This document shows, piece after piece, positions 1 to 8,534 of a DNA stretch of 64,000 nucleotides (position 1 is its first letter; every line of letters starts with the position of its first letter). Origin of the DNA: an uncultured Patescibacteria group bacterium. Its GTDB lineage: Bacteria > Patescibacteriota > Microgenomatia > UBA1400 > PJMF01. The notes below the pieces were generated by a model. It was not told the origin of the DNA. It worked only from the letters and a program-made list of their open reading frames with translations, and made no database searches. The position numbers were made by a program, and so were the translations under genes. The DNA is taken from assembly GCA_905478415.1 (NCBI GenBank), contig CAJQIG010000001.1:150098-214097 (forward strand). The letters are read 5' to 3'.

Positions 1-233
1 TAATGCCAACCTACGTGGTTAAAGTAGGTATACAAATATTGGCCTTCATAAAAGGGAGTTTCACCACAACCCTCATCGACGGCATCGATTGCATATGCTG
101 CTTGGGAGTTTAAAACAAGAACTTCCTTTTCGTATTCACTGTTATGGAAACTTGCATATCCAAAAACATATGCTGCAAAAACAAGAATTCCAACAACAAT
201 AGAACCAACGATTCTAACTTTTAGTACCATTTT
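1..233 (-). CDS. partial small membrane-anchored protein (N-terminus in window, 3' end at or beyond window start)
   Basis: Reverse-complement ORF with ATG at ~231-233 preceded by GGAGG (~240-244). Translation begins MVLKVRIVGSIVVGILVFAAYVFGY, a single TM helix, and continues to the window edge without a stop. Not in the ORF track because it is unterminated. Confidence 0.3.
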
Positions 234-416
234 TTTAATTCCTCCATAAGGTCTTAAAAGACGCCACTACCTATCGAGTAGTAGTGCAACATCTTCTAAT
301 TTCCTCATGGAAGAAAAACACGTTAAAGATCAGTGGTAACTCCACAGTTTTGAAACAAAACAGGGAATAACCACAAAAGATATTATATCCTATAATAGAA
401 ATTCAGTCAAGAAAAG

Positions 417-1352
417 TTAGCTTTGTTTTTTGTACCACTCCACGGTCTTCTTCAAGCCTTTCGGAAAGGTGACCTCAGAAACGAAGCCAAAGCCCTCTTC
501 TGCTCGGCTAGTATCAATTTTTCGTCGAGGTTGTCCGTCTGGTTTAGAGGTATCAAAAACAATTTTGCCTGTGTAACCAACAACATCACCAATGGTGTGA
601 GCGAGTTCTGCAATGCTGATTTCGAAGTTTGAGCCTAGGTTTACTGGTTCTGGACTGTTGTAGTTTTTAGTTGCCAGCACGATAGCGCGTGCTGCATCTT
701 CGACAAATAAAAATTCGCGCGTAGGAGCGCCTGTACCCCACACTGTTACTTCTGGAGCGTTATTCTCTTGTGCTTCCACAAACTTACGAATCAAAGCCGG
801 AATTACGTGTGAAGAAGCCGGATCAAAGTTATCGTCAGGGCCATAGAGGTTAGTTGGCAGTAAATAAATGGCTGGAAAGTCGTACTGATCTTGATACGCC
901 TGAGATTGCACCAAAAGCATTTTTTTGGCTAATCCATAGGGAGCATTGGTTTCTTCTGGGTAGCCATTCCACAAATCTTCTTCCTTAAAAGGAACAGGAG
1001 TGTACTTTGGATAGGCGCAAATAGTACCTATGCCCACAAACTTTTTAACTCCTGCCTTATATGCTTGATGGAGTACATGCGTACCCATAAGTAAATTATC
1101 GTAAAAAAGCTCAGCTGGATGTTCTTGATTGTAGCCGATACCACCGACATTGGCTGCCAAGTGGATAACTATATCTGAGCCCTTGACTACTTTGGCGGCA
1201 GCTGAGGGCTTGCGAAGGTCAAATTCCTTACTTCGAGGCACCAAAATGCTAGCAGGTTTTTCCTTTTTGAGTTCTTCGACGAGGTGGGAGCCGAGGAAGC
1301 CAGCGCCACCGGTGACTACTATTTTTTTGTTTTTGAGGGAGAGTGCTTTCAT
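417..1352 (-). CDS. fcl: GDP-L-fucose synthase (GDP-4-keto-6-deoxy-D-mannose 3,5-epimerase/4-reductase)
   Basis: ORF track 417..1448. Start moved to the ATG giving MKALSLKNKKIVVTGGAGFLGS (Rossmann GxxGxxG). Motifs PTNLYGPDDNF, SHVIPALIRKF and KPDGQPRRKIDTS are collinear with Fcl-type extended SDRs. Confidence 0.8.
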   Translation of the reverse strand: MKALSLKNKKIVVTGGAGFLGSHLVEELKKEKPASILVPRSKEFDLRKPSAAAKVVKGSDIVIHLAANVGGIGYNQEHPAELFYDNLLMGTHVLHQAYKAGVKKFVGIGTICAYPKYTPVPFKEEDLWNGYPEETNAPYGLAKKMLLVQSQAYQDQYDFPAIYLLPTNLYGPDDNFDPASSHVIPALIRKFVEAQENNAPEVTVWGTGAPTREFLFVEDAARAIVLATKNYNSPEPVNLGSNFEISIAELAHTIGDVVGYTGKIVFDTSKPDGQPRRKIDTSRAEEGFGFVSEVTFPKGLKKTVEWYKKQS

Positions 1353-1636
1353 GAGTTGGTTTTCTAATGGCTTGCTTTTGGTTATGGCTAGTATAGCAGG
1401 AGATTTGGGATTGTAAAAAACAAAGAGAAGGTTAAAAAAATATCCCATAGTATTGATTTTAAAATGTATCTCTGGTATAATTACTCGATTACAAACTTTT
1501 GAAAATCAAAAAAAGTTTCGTGATCTATTCTTTAACAGTTTACCTATTTATAAACAGTAAATTCTCTTTCATAGAATGGTGTCTTATATTCAACATTGGG
1601 TTGAATATTTAACCACCATTCTTGGAGGATTATTTC

Positions 1637-3088
1637 ATGAAGAATGCACCATTATTTGTAGGGTTAGGACTGATAGTGTTGATCCTGGGGTGGATCTTTG
1701 CCCCTTCGGCCATTGTCCATTTCATCCTTTTTGATATATTGTGGCTCGGCTTGCCTTACCTTTTGCCAGTCTTGGTTGTAATATTGCTAGTTTTACTAGC
1801 AGGCATGAAGAGTGAGGGTTTAATCATAGCCGTCTTCGTTGCTGGAGTGATTGGACTTATTTGCTGGTGGATTTATTTGCCGGCTTTAAGTCAATATGAA
1901 TTGGTTAATTCAATCAAACCAGTTCCCATCGAAGATATCCCAGCAAGTTCGAATGTCAGATTTATGCCAATGCCAGTTGCTCAACAGTTGGCATCCAGTA
2001 AATACCAGGACCCTCGTCATCATATTGGTGATATGGATCCTATCGAACTTGAAAGCGGAGACATTGGCTGGGTTGGAAGTCGTATACCAACGGGAATAGT
2101 TAACTACTACTCGGGTAATGCCCAAGGTACGATAACTGTTGATCCTTTTGGTCGTGTGACTACCCAAGATCAAGTCTTTGCTTGCGGTGAAGGAATGGCT
2201 ATTACTGATAATATCCGATGGAAATTGTGGCGTGAACATTATGGCGCCGTCCTGGATGAATATTACTATATTACAATTGACGATGAAATTGTTTTGATGG
2301 CTCCTTATATCACTTGGCATCTTGAAGGGATTGTCTTTGTGCCCCAGTGGGGTGGCGTATTTGTTGTTGACGGCGATTGTCACATTGAAGATTTATCTCC
2401 TCGTGAGGCTTTGGCCGATAGCCGCCTGATTGGGCATCGAATTGTTCCGGAAAGTTATGCTAAACGTGTTGCAGATGCATGGCAATACCGCAATGGTATT
2501 GCGAATGCTTGGTTTTACCATGTTGATCAGACTGAAGTACCAACGATTGATGGTGAGGATAACCAAATGCCGTACCTGATTCCAACGGAATTGGGTGAGC
2601 AATGGTTTATCGCCATGGAACCGTATGGGCCTGCATTTAGCATCTTTAAAATGATGTTTGTTGATGCTCATGACGGAACAATCCGCTTGTACGAATATTC
2701 TGAAGATGCGGCGATCATTTCACCTAATAAGGCGCTTGGTTTTATCCAGGCAGCCAATCCCACATACAACTGGGATAAAATTCGCGTAATTGAACCGCGG
2801 CCGCTGATTGTTGATAACGTTCTCTATTGGATGATGAGCCAAACAAGCTCTGACTTTAGTGGTGTAGAACGAACAATTCTTGTTCGATCGTCCGATGAGA
2901 AAGTTTTAGTGGTTGAATCTTATGAAGAGCTAGTGGTATTTCTTAGTGGCAACACAGCAACCGCTAGTCAGCTAGATGAAGAATCAACTGCTGTTAACAG
3001 TGAGGTTCCCAGTGACCTTACAACTTTGACTACGCAAGAGCTCTATGATTTGATCATGGACGTTGCTCGTGAGTTGGAAAGTCGTTAA
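1637..3088 (+). CDS. hypothetical protein: N-terminal 3-TM anchor plus ~380 aa extracytoplasmic domain
   Basis: ORF track 1622..3088. Position 1622 is TTG. The ATG at 1637 is preceded by GGAGG (1624-1628) at 8 nt spacing. Hydrophobic N-terminus (LFVGLGLIVLILGWIF..., LPVLVVILLVLLAG..., IAVFVAGVIGLICWWIY). Remainder is hydrophilic with no recognisable motif. GC noticeably higher than the window average. Confidence 0.6.
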   Translation: MKNAPLFVGLGLIVLILGWIFAPSAIVHFILFDILWLGLPYLLPVLVVILLVLLAGMKSEGLIIAVFVAGVIGLICWWIYLPALSQYELVNSIKPVPIEDIPASSNVRFMPMPVAQQLASSKYQDPRHHIGDMDPIELESGDIGWVGSRIPTGIVNYYSGNAQGTITVDPFGRVTTQDQVFACGEGMAITDNIRWKLWREHYGAVLDEYYYITIDDEIVLMAPYITWHLEGIVFVPQWGGVFVVDGDCHIEDLSPREALADSRLIGHRIVPESYAKRVADAWQYRNGIANAWFYHVDQTEVPTIDGEDNQMPYLIPTELGEQWFIAMEPYGPAFSIFKMMFVDAHDGTIRLYEYSEDAAIISPNKALGFIQAANPTYNWDKIRVIEPRPLIVDNVLYWMMSQTSSDFSGVERTILVRSSDEKVLVVESYEELVVFLSGNTATASQLDEESTAVNSEVPSDLTTLTTQELYDLIMDVARELESR

Positions 3089-3114
3089 TTTTTTGTAAAT
3101 AGGTACTATTGTAA

Positions 3115-3149
3115 GAGGCTCCTTCATTTCGAAGGGGCCTCATTTTTTT
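3115..3149 (+). terminator. Rho-independent terminator after 1637..3088, also abutting the convergent GT2 stop
   Basis: GAGGCTCCTTC-ATTTC-GAAGGGGCCTC gives an 11-bp stem (one G.U) and 5-nt loop, followed by ATTTTTTT. Confidence 0.65.
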
Positions 3150-3924
3150 ACTTCATCACCCGATACGCCCACACAATCAAGGTAGCATGTATCTTATGCA
3201 CAAACCGAATAAAGGGAGATTTCACGTATTTCAGAACCAGTTCATGCTCTTCGGCAAACTGCTTTTCATAGAGGGCTCCCCCTTTAGACTGGCCATGAAT
3301 TCTAAAGAGTGAAAAATGTGAATCAGTTACATGCAATGGAAATTGCTCCATAGCTCGCATCCAGTAGTCAAAGTCCATACAGAAGTGGAGGTCTTCGTTA
3401 AACATACCGACTTTATTTAGCAGCTCACGACGCCAAAAGGTACTGGGTTGGATAATATAGTTGGCAATAGAAAGTCTGGTGCGGGTAGGATCTTTGCGAA
3501 GCCATTTTTTATACTCGGCTACAAAACTTTGAATTTTGTTGCCTTTTTCATCAATAATAAAGTAGTCACCGGTTAGCCACATAGCATCGGAGTGATTGCT
3601 GAAGTACTCTGCCACGGTGTTAAGTGTATTGGGAAGAAAAACATCGTCACTATTAATAAAACAAAGGATGTCGCCAGTGGCTTTTTTAAGACCTTGGTTA
3701 ATTGCATCGGTTTGGCCTTTATCTTTCTTTGAGACCCAAGTAAATTGTGTACCGTACGATTTGAGAATCTTGACGGTATCATCGGTCGATCCCCCATCCA
3801 TGACGATATACTCAAGGTTTGGGTAGTTTTGATTGAGCACACTCTCAATTGTTTCTGTAATGAAGTGACCTTGGTTATAGCTGGGGGTGATAACGGTTAT
3901 TTTAGGAAGTTGCTTTTGTTTCAT
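3148..3924 (-). CDS. glycosyltransferase family 2 (GT-A fold)
   Basis: N-terminus KITVITPSYNQGHFITETIESVLNQNYPNLEYIVMDGGSTDDT plus the DxD-region INSDDVF are the classic GT2 signature. Confidence 0.8.
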   Translation of the reverse strand: MKQKQLPKITVITPSYNQGHFITETIESVLNQNYPNLEYIVMDGGSTDDTVKILKSYGTQFTWVSKKDKGQTDAINQGLKKATGDILCFINSDDVFLPNTLNTVAEYFSNHSDAMWLTGDYFIIDEKGNKIQSFVAEYKKWLRKDPTRTRLSIANYIIQPSTFWRRELLNKVGMFNEDLHFCMDFDYWMRAMEQFPLHVTDSHFSLFRIHGQSKGGALYEKQFAEEHELVLKYVKSPFIRFVHKIHATLIVWAYRVMK

Positions 3925-3949
3925 AGCCTTATTTTACCGTATAAACACA

Positions 3950-3980
3950 AAAAAAACGGCACCTAAAAAATAGATGCCGT
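3950..3980 (-). terminator. putative intrinsic terminator downstream of lipoprotein gene (minus strand)
   Basis: ACGGCA ... TGCCGT 6-bp stem with a large loop. On the minus strand it is followed by a T8 run (complement of aaaaaaaa 3948-3955). The large loop lowers confidence. Confidence 0.35.
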
Positions 3981-4001
3981 ATATAAAAACAATTAATACA
4001 A

Positions 4002-5006
4002 TTAACTACCGGTGAGTCCATGGACAACATGCCAGATTAACTCAAACATATCTGACTTCTTGTTGAGGACCATGTCTGCACCATTCTCTTCAAAGAGCTC
4101 ACGCACAGTCGATTCTTCATCTGACCATAACCGAGTGATTCGGTCAAGATTTTCTGATGTGTAGGCAAAAATCAACAATGGTGGTGGTAGTAAGGCTGCA
4201 ATTTCAGCCACGCAGGTGTGGCCAGGAGCTTGTCCCTCACTATGTTGGTCAACAACATACACATGGGCCAATTTAACAATCCCTGCACGCCAAGCGGCAC
4301 AGCTGGGATAGGCACCAACGGTGATAATACCTTGTTGAGCCAAGTTAGCTACAATGAGTGATGCCCACATGGCGTTATCTTCAATAACAACCGCAAGCGA
4401 ACCCGTTGGGGCCTGAATATCAATATCACCCGCCTCAACGGTAGGTGCCATTGCTACAATACCAACTTGGTCTTCAACCATTCCAGCTGGCAAGATTAGG
4501 TCAGTTCCATACCCTGCTTCCCATTCTTGGAAGCCATCAAAGGTGGTACCAGACCAGACAGCCTGATTTTGGAGACTGACTGCGGCTTGGCCACTAAAAA
4601 TTGCAACGATGCTTCCTTTGAGCATCATAACCAAAAATTCATCCCCTGGAATGGGATCGGCTACTGTTATTGCAAACAGTGGAACAAGAATATAGTTCTC
4701 GTTACCATTGAGCGATGCAGTAAATGCATCTCGATTTGTCCAACGGTACAGTGGGTCAACTACATCCCAATCAGATCCAGAGCATGATTCCCAGACACCA
4801 GAAACAACGCGAAGACTGCCTGGAGGGCAATATCCGGTATTAATGGCTTCATCTTGGGTGGTTGCTCCCCAGAAAACTGGGCTTTCGGCTGTATCTTCAA
4901 TTTTTGCAGGAGTGGAACTTTGGACAGCTGTACCAGGTGTTCCACATGCGGTTAGGGCGAATACTATGGCCATTACTATAATCAGAGTTTTTTGTGCTTT
5001 GCTCAT
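4002..5006 (-). CDS. hypothetical lipoprotein
   Basis: ORF track 4002..5018. The second ATG gives MSKAQKTLIIVMAIVFALTACGT, a lipoprotein signal peptide with lipobox L-T-A-C. The mature part has no recognisable motif. GC-rich relative to the window. Confidence 0.6.
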   Translation of the reverse strand: MSKAQKTLIIVMAIVFALTACGTPGTAVQSSTPAKIEDTAESPVFWGATTQDEAINTGYCPPGSLRVVSGVWESCSGSDWDVVDPLYRWTNRDAFTASLNGNENYILVPLFAITVADPIPGDEFLVMMLKGSIVAIFSGQAAVSLQNQAVWSGTTFDGFQEWEAGYGTDLILPAGMVEDQVGIVAMAPTVEAGDIDIQAPTGSLAVVIEDNAMWASLIVANLAQQGIITVGAYPSCAAWRAGIVKLAHVYVVDQHSEGQAPGHTCVAEIAALLPPPLLIFAYTSENLDRITRLWSDEESTVRELFEENGADMVLNKKSDMFELIWHVVHGLTGS

Positions 5007-5130
5007 TTTTGCCTCCACGAGCTAGATAGAAAATAAAAATTGTTTGTTAAAAAACGATAGTTACTTCTCAAAGAGAAATAACTATATCCTATATTATATC
5101 ATAAGAGGAGTTTAATAGTGTGTAAACGTA

Positions 5131-5159
5131 AAAATGGCAGCCTCTTGGACTGCCATTTT
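5131..5159 (-). terminator. intrinsic terminator hairpin downstream of 5177..5860 (minus strand)
   Basis: AAAATGGCAG-CCTCTTGGA-CTGCCATTTT is a perfect 10-bp stem with a U-rich 3' arm on the minus strand. Confidence 0.5.
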
Positions 5160-5176
5160 CTTTCTACATTCTTTAC

Positions 5177-5860
5177 TTACTTGCGCAGAAATCCATACCC
5201 CGTATCATCGTTTCCTGGGAATGGGTTGGGATCGTTGCTTTGGGCTCGGATAATGCCTTCCTGTTTTAGCCACCACAAGGGGCGATACTGGATTTGAGTA
5301 ACTTGTGTGGGATGGTAGGTAGCCCGTGTAAAAGGCACCTCTACCACATGGGAGACTTTGGTGCCGTCCCCTGTCATACCGACTGGAGATTTACGCAGTG
5401 TATCACCACCGCCCAAAGAAAACACCTCTTTGGTGAATGCTTCGTTCATGGGCATAACTACTTCTTTTTCTCGGAAGAAAGCTAAGCCAATGACGCCAGC
5501 ATTATCTGTGTTGCCTGAAGTCCAGGCCGCAACAGAGTTGGAAGGATAGGTAACCTTAAATGGAGAAATGGTCCCATTATCAAGGCGATATCCTTCAATA
5601 ATTAGCTGACCATCTAAGATATAACCACGGTCATTAAGAAAATCTGCAGGGCGATTGCGGTGAACAGAACGGCCGTCTACAGACATGTAGACTTCCATTC
5701 TATCAAATGGTCCAGCAGTCGAAACACGAACCTTGATATGATCATTAACCTCTGCTTGAACAAACGGCATGTTATCGCCTTGGCGATAGAAAATTTCTGT
5801 TGGCCGATCATTACGGAGGATAATAATGTTTGCCAAACTTCCAGGAATCATGTTGTTCAT
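5177..5860 (-). CDS. hypothetical soluble protein, unknown function
   Basis: 227-aa ORF with no TM segments or recognisable motifs. GC-rich (~48-50%) compared with neighbours. Followed by a hairpin terminator. Confidence 0.55.
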   Translation of the reverse strand: MNNMIPGSLANIIILRNDRPTEIFYRQGDNMPFVQAEVNDHIKVRVSTAGPFDRMEVYMSVDGRSVHRNRPADFLNDRGYILDGQLIIEGYRLDNGTISPFKVTYPSNSVAAWTSGNTDNAGVIGLAFFREKEVVMPMNEAFTKEVFSLGGGDTLRKSPVGMTGDGTKVSHVVEVPFTRATYHPTQVTQIQYRPLWWLKQEGIIRAQSNDPNPFPGNDDTGYGFLRK

Positions 5861-6060
5861 AACCTAAAATCTCCTTTAAAAAAGAAATATCCAGCCAACC
5901 GGATGTTAACTGGTGAACCAAAATGACAAAATAAGCTTGATACACCAGTTAACGTGTAAAGAATGTTAAAGATCAGAAGTATTTTACCCCATCTACATCT
6001 TCTAGTCAAATGTTATAAGTCTGTTATGTTACTATATCCCTTCAAAACTATCAAAAGAGG

Positions 6061-6801
6061 TTGTATACTCAAGTAAGTATAGAAACGAGGTATATGTCAG
6101 ATCAAACTTTAAAAACACCAGAAGAGCTTAAAGCTGCTGCCGAGTTTCAATTAAAAGCCAACCTTTCTCAAATGTCTCTGGGAGAGATTCGCATGAAACT
6201 TATCCTTGAAGGAGATACATTGCTTGAGGGTACGGGGCTCAATGCTAACGATCTGATTGTGGCGTGTAATGATTTAATAGATGCTATAGCAACTAATACG
6301 ACAGGTTCAAATGATGTTCCCGCGTACATTTTAAATAAAACTGCTCGAGCACAGGTGGTTCCTAGTTTTTTGCGTGCTACCTTTAAAGATGCCATTGCGA
6401 CTGAGATTACAACTCAACATGAAGAAGAAACTAAAAGAAAACTTGCTGAAGTAACAGCTAAAATTGGTACAGTGAAACCAACAGCAGAGAACTTATCAAG
6501 GTTTCGACGGCTTATTACTGAAGGTGTTGCATTAGGAATTATTGATCAAGATACTGCACTAGCTAAAATAAATAAAGCTATTGAAGCTACACTAGCAGTA
6601 ATAGATGTAACAATTAAAGAGATGACTACCATAAACATGCATAAAGACAAGCAACGTTTCTCTCCAGATATTTTGCAACACTATATGTCTAAAAAGTTAG
6701 AGCAACAAGATGATCTACCACCACTCGATTTTTTCGGCGAAGCTCTCTCAGACTATGCTGAAAAGAGTTTGCATGTAAAAAGAAAGAAGCAAGGAAATTA
6801 G
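6061..6801 (+). CDS. hypothetical acidic alpha-helical protein
   Basis: ORF track. Alternative start at MSDQTLK (6094). No motifs recognised. The stop overlaps the convergent GT2 stop at 6798-6801. Confidence 0.5.
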   Translation: MYTQVSIETRYMSDQTLKTPEELKAAAEFQLKANLSQMSLGEIRMKLILEGDTLLEGTGLNANDLIVACNDLIDAIATNTTGSNDVPAYILNKTARAQVVPSFLRATFKDAIATEITTQHEEETKRKLAEVTAKIGTVKPTAENLSRFRRLITEGVALGIIDQDTALAKINKAIEATLAVIDVTIKEMTTINMHKDKQRFSPDILQHYMSKKLEQQDDLPPLDFFGEALSDYAEKSLHVKRKKQGN

Positions 6802-7529
6802 ATTTTCAATAAAATTCCAAACTTCAGGATCACCCACACAGCCCGAAAGGCATCTTTGAGAGCAATCTTTTTGCCTTCTTCGTAGGTGCGACCGTGGTAG
6901 GAAATGCCAACTTCGTACATACGAACTTTTTTATGGGCAATTTTTGCCGTTACCTCTGGCTCAATACCGAATGAATTTTCTGTAATCTCAATTGATTGAA
7001 TCACTTCTCGACGGAACATTTTATAGCCAGTTTCCATATCAGTCAGGTTAATGTTATTAAAAATATTTGAAAGTAAGGTTAAACTCATGTTAGCCAAGTA
7101 GTGCCAAAAGTAGACAACTCGGTGGGCATGAGCTCCCATAAAACGGGATCCATACACGACATCTGCTTTATCGTCTAAGAGTGGTTGTAGTACCAGTGGC
7201 AGATCGTTTGGGTCATACTCTAAGTCTGCATCTTGGATAACCACAAATTTGCCAGTGGCTTGTGCGATCCCATCCCGAAGTGCGGCACCTTTTCCACCAT
7301 TTTTATCTCTAAAGATGAGCGTGGCAATATACTTTTTTTCTAATTTTTTTAGAATCTTTCGAGTTGAGTCCTTAGATCCATCGTCAACAACAATAACTTC
7401 AATCTCACCAAGTTTGGCAGCATGAACAGCTTTAAGTACACGTTCAATTGTTTTTTCTTCGTTGTAAGCAGGAATAACTATACTCAGCAGTGGAGCCTTT
7501 TTACTTTTTGCCATTGGACTTCTTTCCAT
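6798..7529 (-). CDS. GT2 polyprenyl-phosphate sugar synthase (Dpm1/GtrB-like)
   Basis: LLSIVIPAYNEEKTIERVL...EVIVVDDGSKDST...VVIQDADLEYDPNDL... plus a short C-terminal hydrophobic tail. This is the DPM1/GtrB/ArnC subfamily signature. Possible later start at MAKSKK (7514). Confidence 0.8.
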   Translation of the reverse strand: MERSPMAKSKKAPLLSIVIPAYNEEKTIERVLKAVHAAKLGEIEVIVVDDGSKDSTRKILKKLEKKYIATLIFRDKNGGKGAALRDGIAQATGKFVVIQDADLEYDPNDLPLVLQPLLDDKADVVYGSRFMGAHAHRVVYFWHYLANMSLTLLSNIFNNINLTDMETGYKMFRREVIQSIEITENSFGIEPEVTAKIAHKKVRMYEVGISYHGRTYEEGKKIALKDAFRAVWVILKFGILLKI

Positions 7530-7845
7530 TCGTAATTGCTTCTGATCTAATAACTTCTTCTAATTTTTTTTCTAGTGACCTGACTTTAAAGTAGCTCATA
7601 AATACTACCACCGAGAGAATCATAAAGGCAATCACAATCAACAGGTCAAATACTCGAGCGAAGTTTAAAAGTCCCGTAATTCCGAGTAATAAGTTTGGGA
7701 AGAGGGCTACAACGGTGAAAGCCACCCAAATAGATGACCAAGCCCAAACCTCAACTTGGTTTAAGTTTCGTTTTTTACCATGAATAGTCACCACATACAT
7801 CATGAAGAGTGCAAACAAGGCTGAAATTATTTGAAATATTGTCAT
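7501..7845 (-). CDS. small 3-TM membrane protein (accessory to Dpm1-like GT2; GtrA-/DUF2304-like role suspected)
   Basis: ORF track 7501..7863. The ATG at 7845 gives an ATGA overlap with the upstream GT2 stop. Three hydrophobic helices and a basic C-tail. Sandwiched between two Dpm1-like GT2 genes. Confidence 0.55.
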   Translation of the reverse strand: MTIFQIISALFALFMMYVVTIHGKKRNLNQVEVWAWSSIWVAFTVVALFPNLLLGITGLLNFARVFDLLIVIAFMILSVVVFMSYFKVRSLEKKLEEVIRSEAITNGKKSNGKK

Positions 7846-8534
7846 AAGGTTATCCTCCACCATAAAATGTTATGTAAAAAATCGAGCGTGTTCAGTATGG
7901 TCATACCTTTATCGTGATCATGGTAGATGGTATCGATAGTAATAGTAGTAAAGGGGATTCTATACTTTGAAACCCGGCATGCAATCTCCATTTCGACTTG
8001 GTATCCTAGCGCATTCCATCTCAGCTTTTTATACGCTTTTTTATTTAAGGCTTTGTATCCAGATGGGATATCGGGAATAAAAGGACTTTGAAAAAGTACT
8101 TGGACAAGATGGGAAGCAAGTTGATTAAAAAAACGCTTAAACCCTGGCATGTCTCCGCTGAGCCTTCGTGTTCCAAAAACAATCTCTGCCTCTGATGATG
8201 CAAAGGCTTTGACAAAAGACTGTAATTCGGCTGGATTATGTTGATCGTCACTGTCCATCATAATGACAGTATTGGCACCTAGTTCATCAAATGCATAGTC
8301 ACATCCGGTTTTAAGTGCAGCCCCTTTCCCCATATTGACTCGATGACGCAGTACATGAGATATACTTTTTTTTGCTTCAGAGAAGGTAGCATCACTAGAG
8401 CCATCATCAATAAAAATAATGTTTGGTGTATATGCACTCACCTTTTGTAGCACCGAACCGACATATTTTTCCTCGTTAAGACCAGGCATAACGATCCAAA
8501 CATCTCTAGGTAATTTTTTAGTCTTGGTTTTCAT
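7842..8534 (-). CDS. GT2 polyprenyl-phosphate sugar synthase (Dpm1/GtrB-like)
   Basis: VWIVMPGLNEEKYVGSVL...IIFIDDGSSDAT...VIMMDSDDQHNPAEL is the DPM1-like GT2 signature. Confidence 0.8.
   Translation of the reverse strand: MKTKTKKLPRDVWIVMPGLNEEKYVGSVLQKVSAYTPNIIFIDDGSSDATFSEAKKSISHVLRHRVNMGKGAALKTGCDYAFDELGANTVIMMDSDDQHNPAELQSFVKAFASSEAEIVFGTRRLSGDMPGFKRFFNQLASHLVQVLFQSPFIPDIPSGYKALNKKAYKKLRWNALGYQVEMEIACRVSKYRIPFTTITIDTIYHDHDKGMTILNTLDFLHNILWWRITL

Noticed and set aside
423-632. Numerous 60-160 aa ORFs in the track that lie inside, antisense to or out of frame with longer genes. Examples are 423-632, 1150-1416, 1896-2099, 1910-2383, 2393-2671, 3573-3966, 4527-5025, 5294-5926, 6168-6395, 8045-8251, 10364-10612, 12232-12525, 15342-15542, 18193-18639 and 19555-19746. 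The many similar short nested ORFs across 20-57 kb are rejected on the same basis.
   Set aside because: Each is fully nested within a longer ORF that has clear protein-family signatures. They are AT-rich frames with low-complexity translations and no RBS, typical of spurious ORFs in low-GC DNA.
7501-7845. Calling the small 3-TM protein GtrA outright
   Set aside because: The position between two GtrB/Dpm1-like GT2s is suggestive. But the sequence lacks the N-terminal F-x-x-V-G-x-x-N pattern I associate with GtrA, so it was kept as an unassigned accessory membrane protein.
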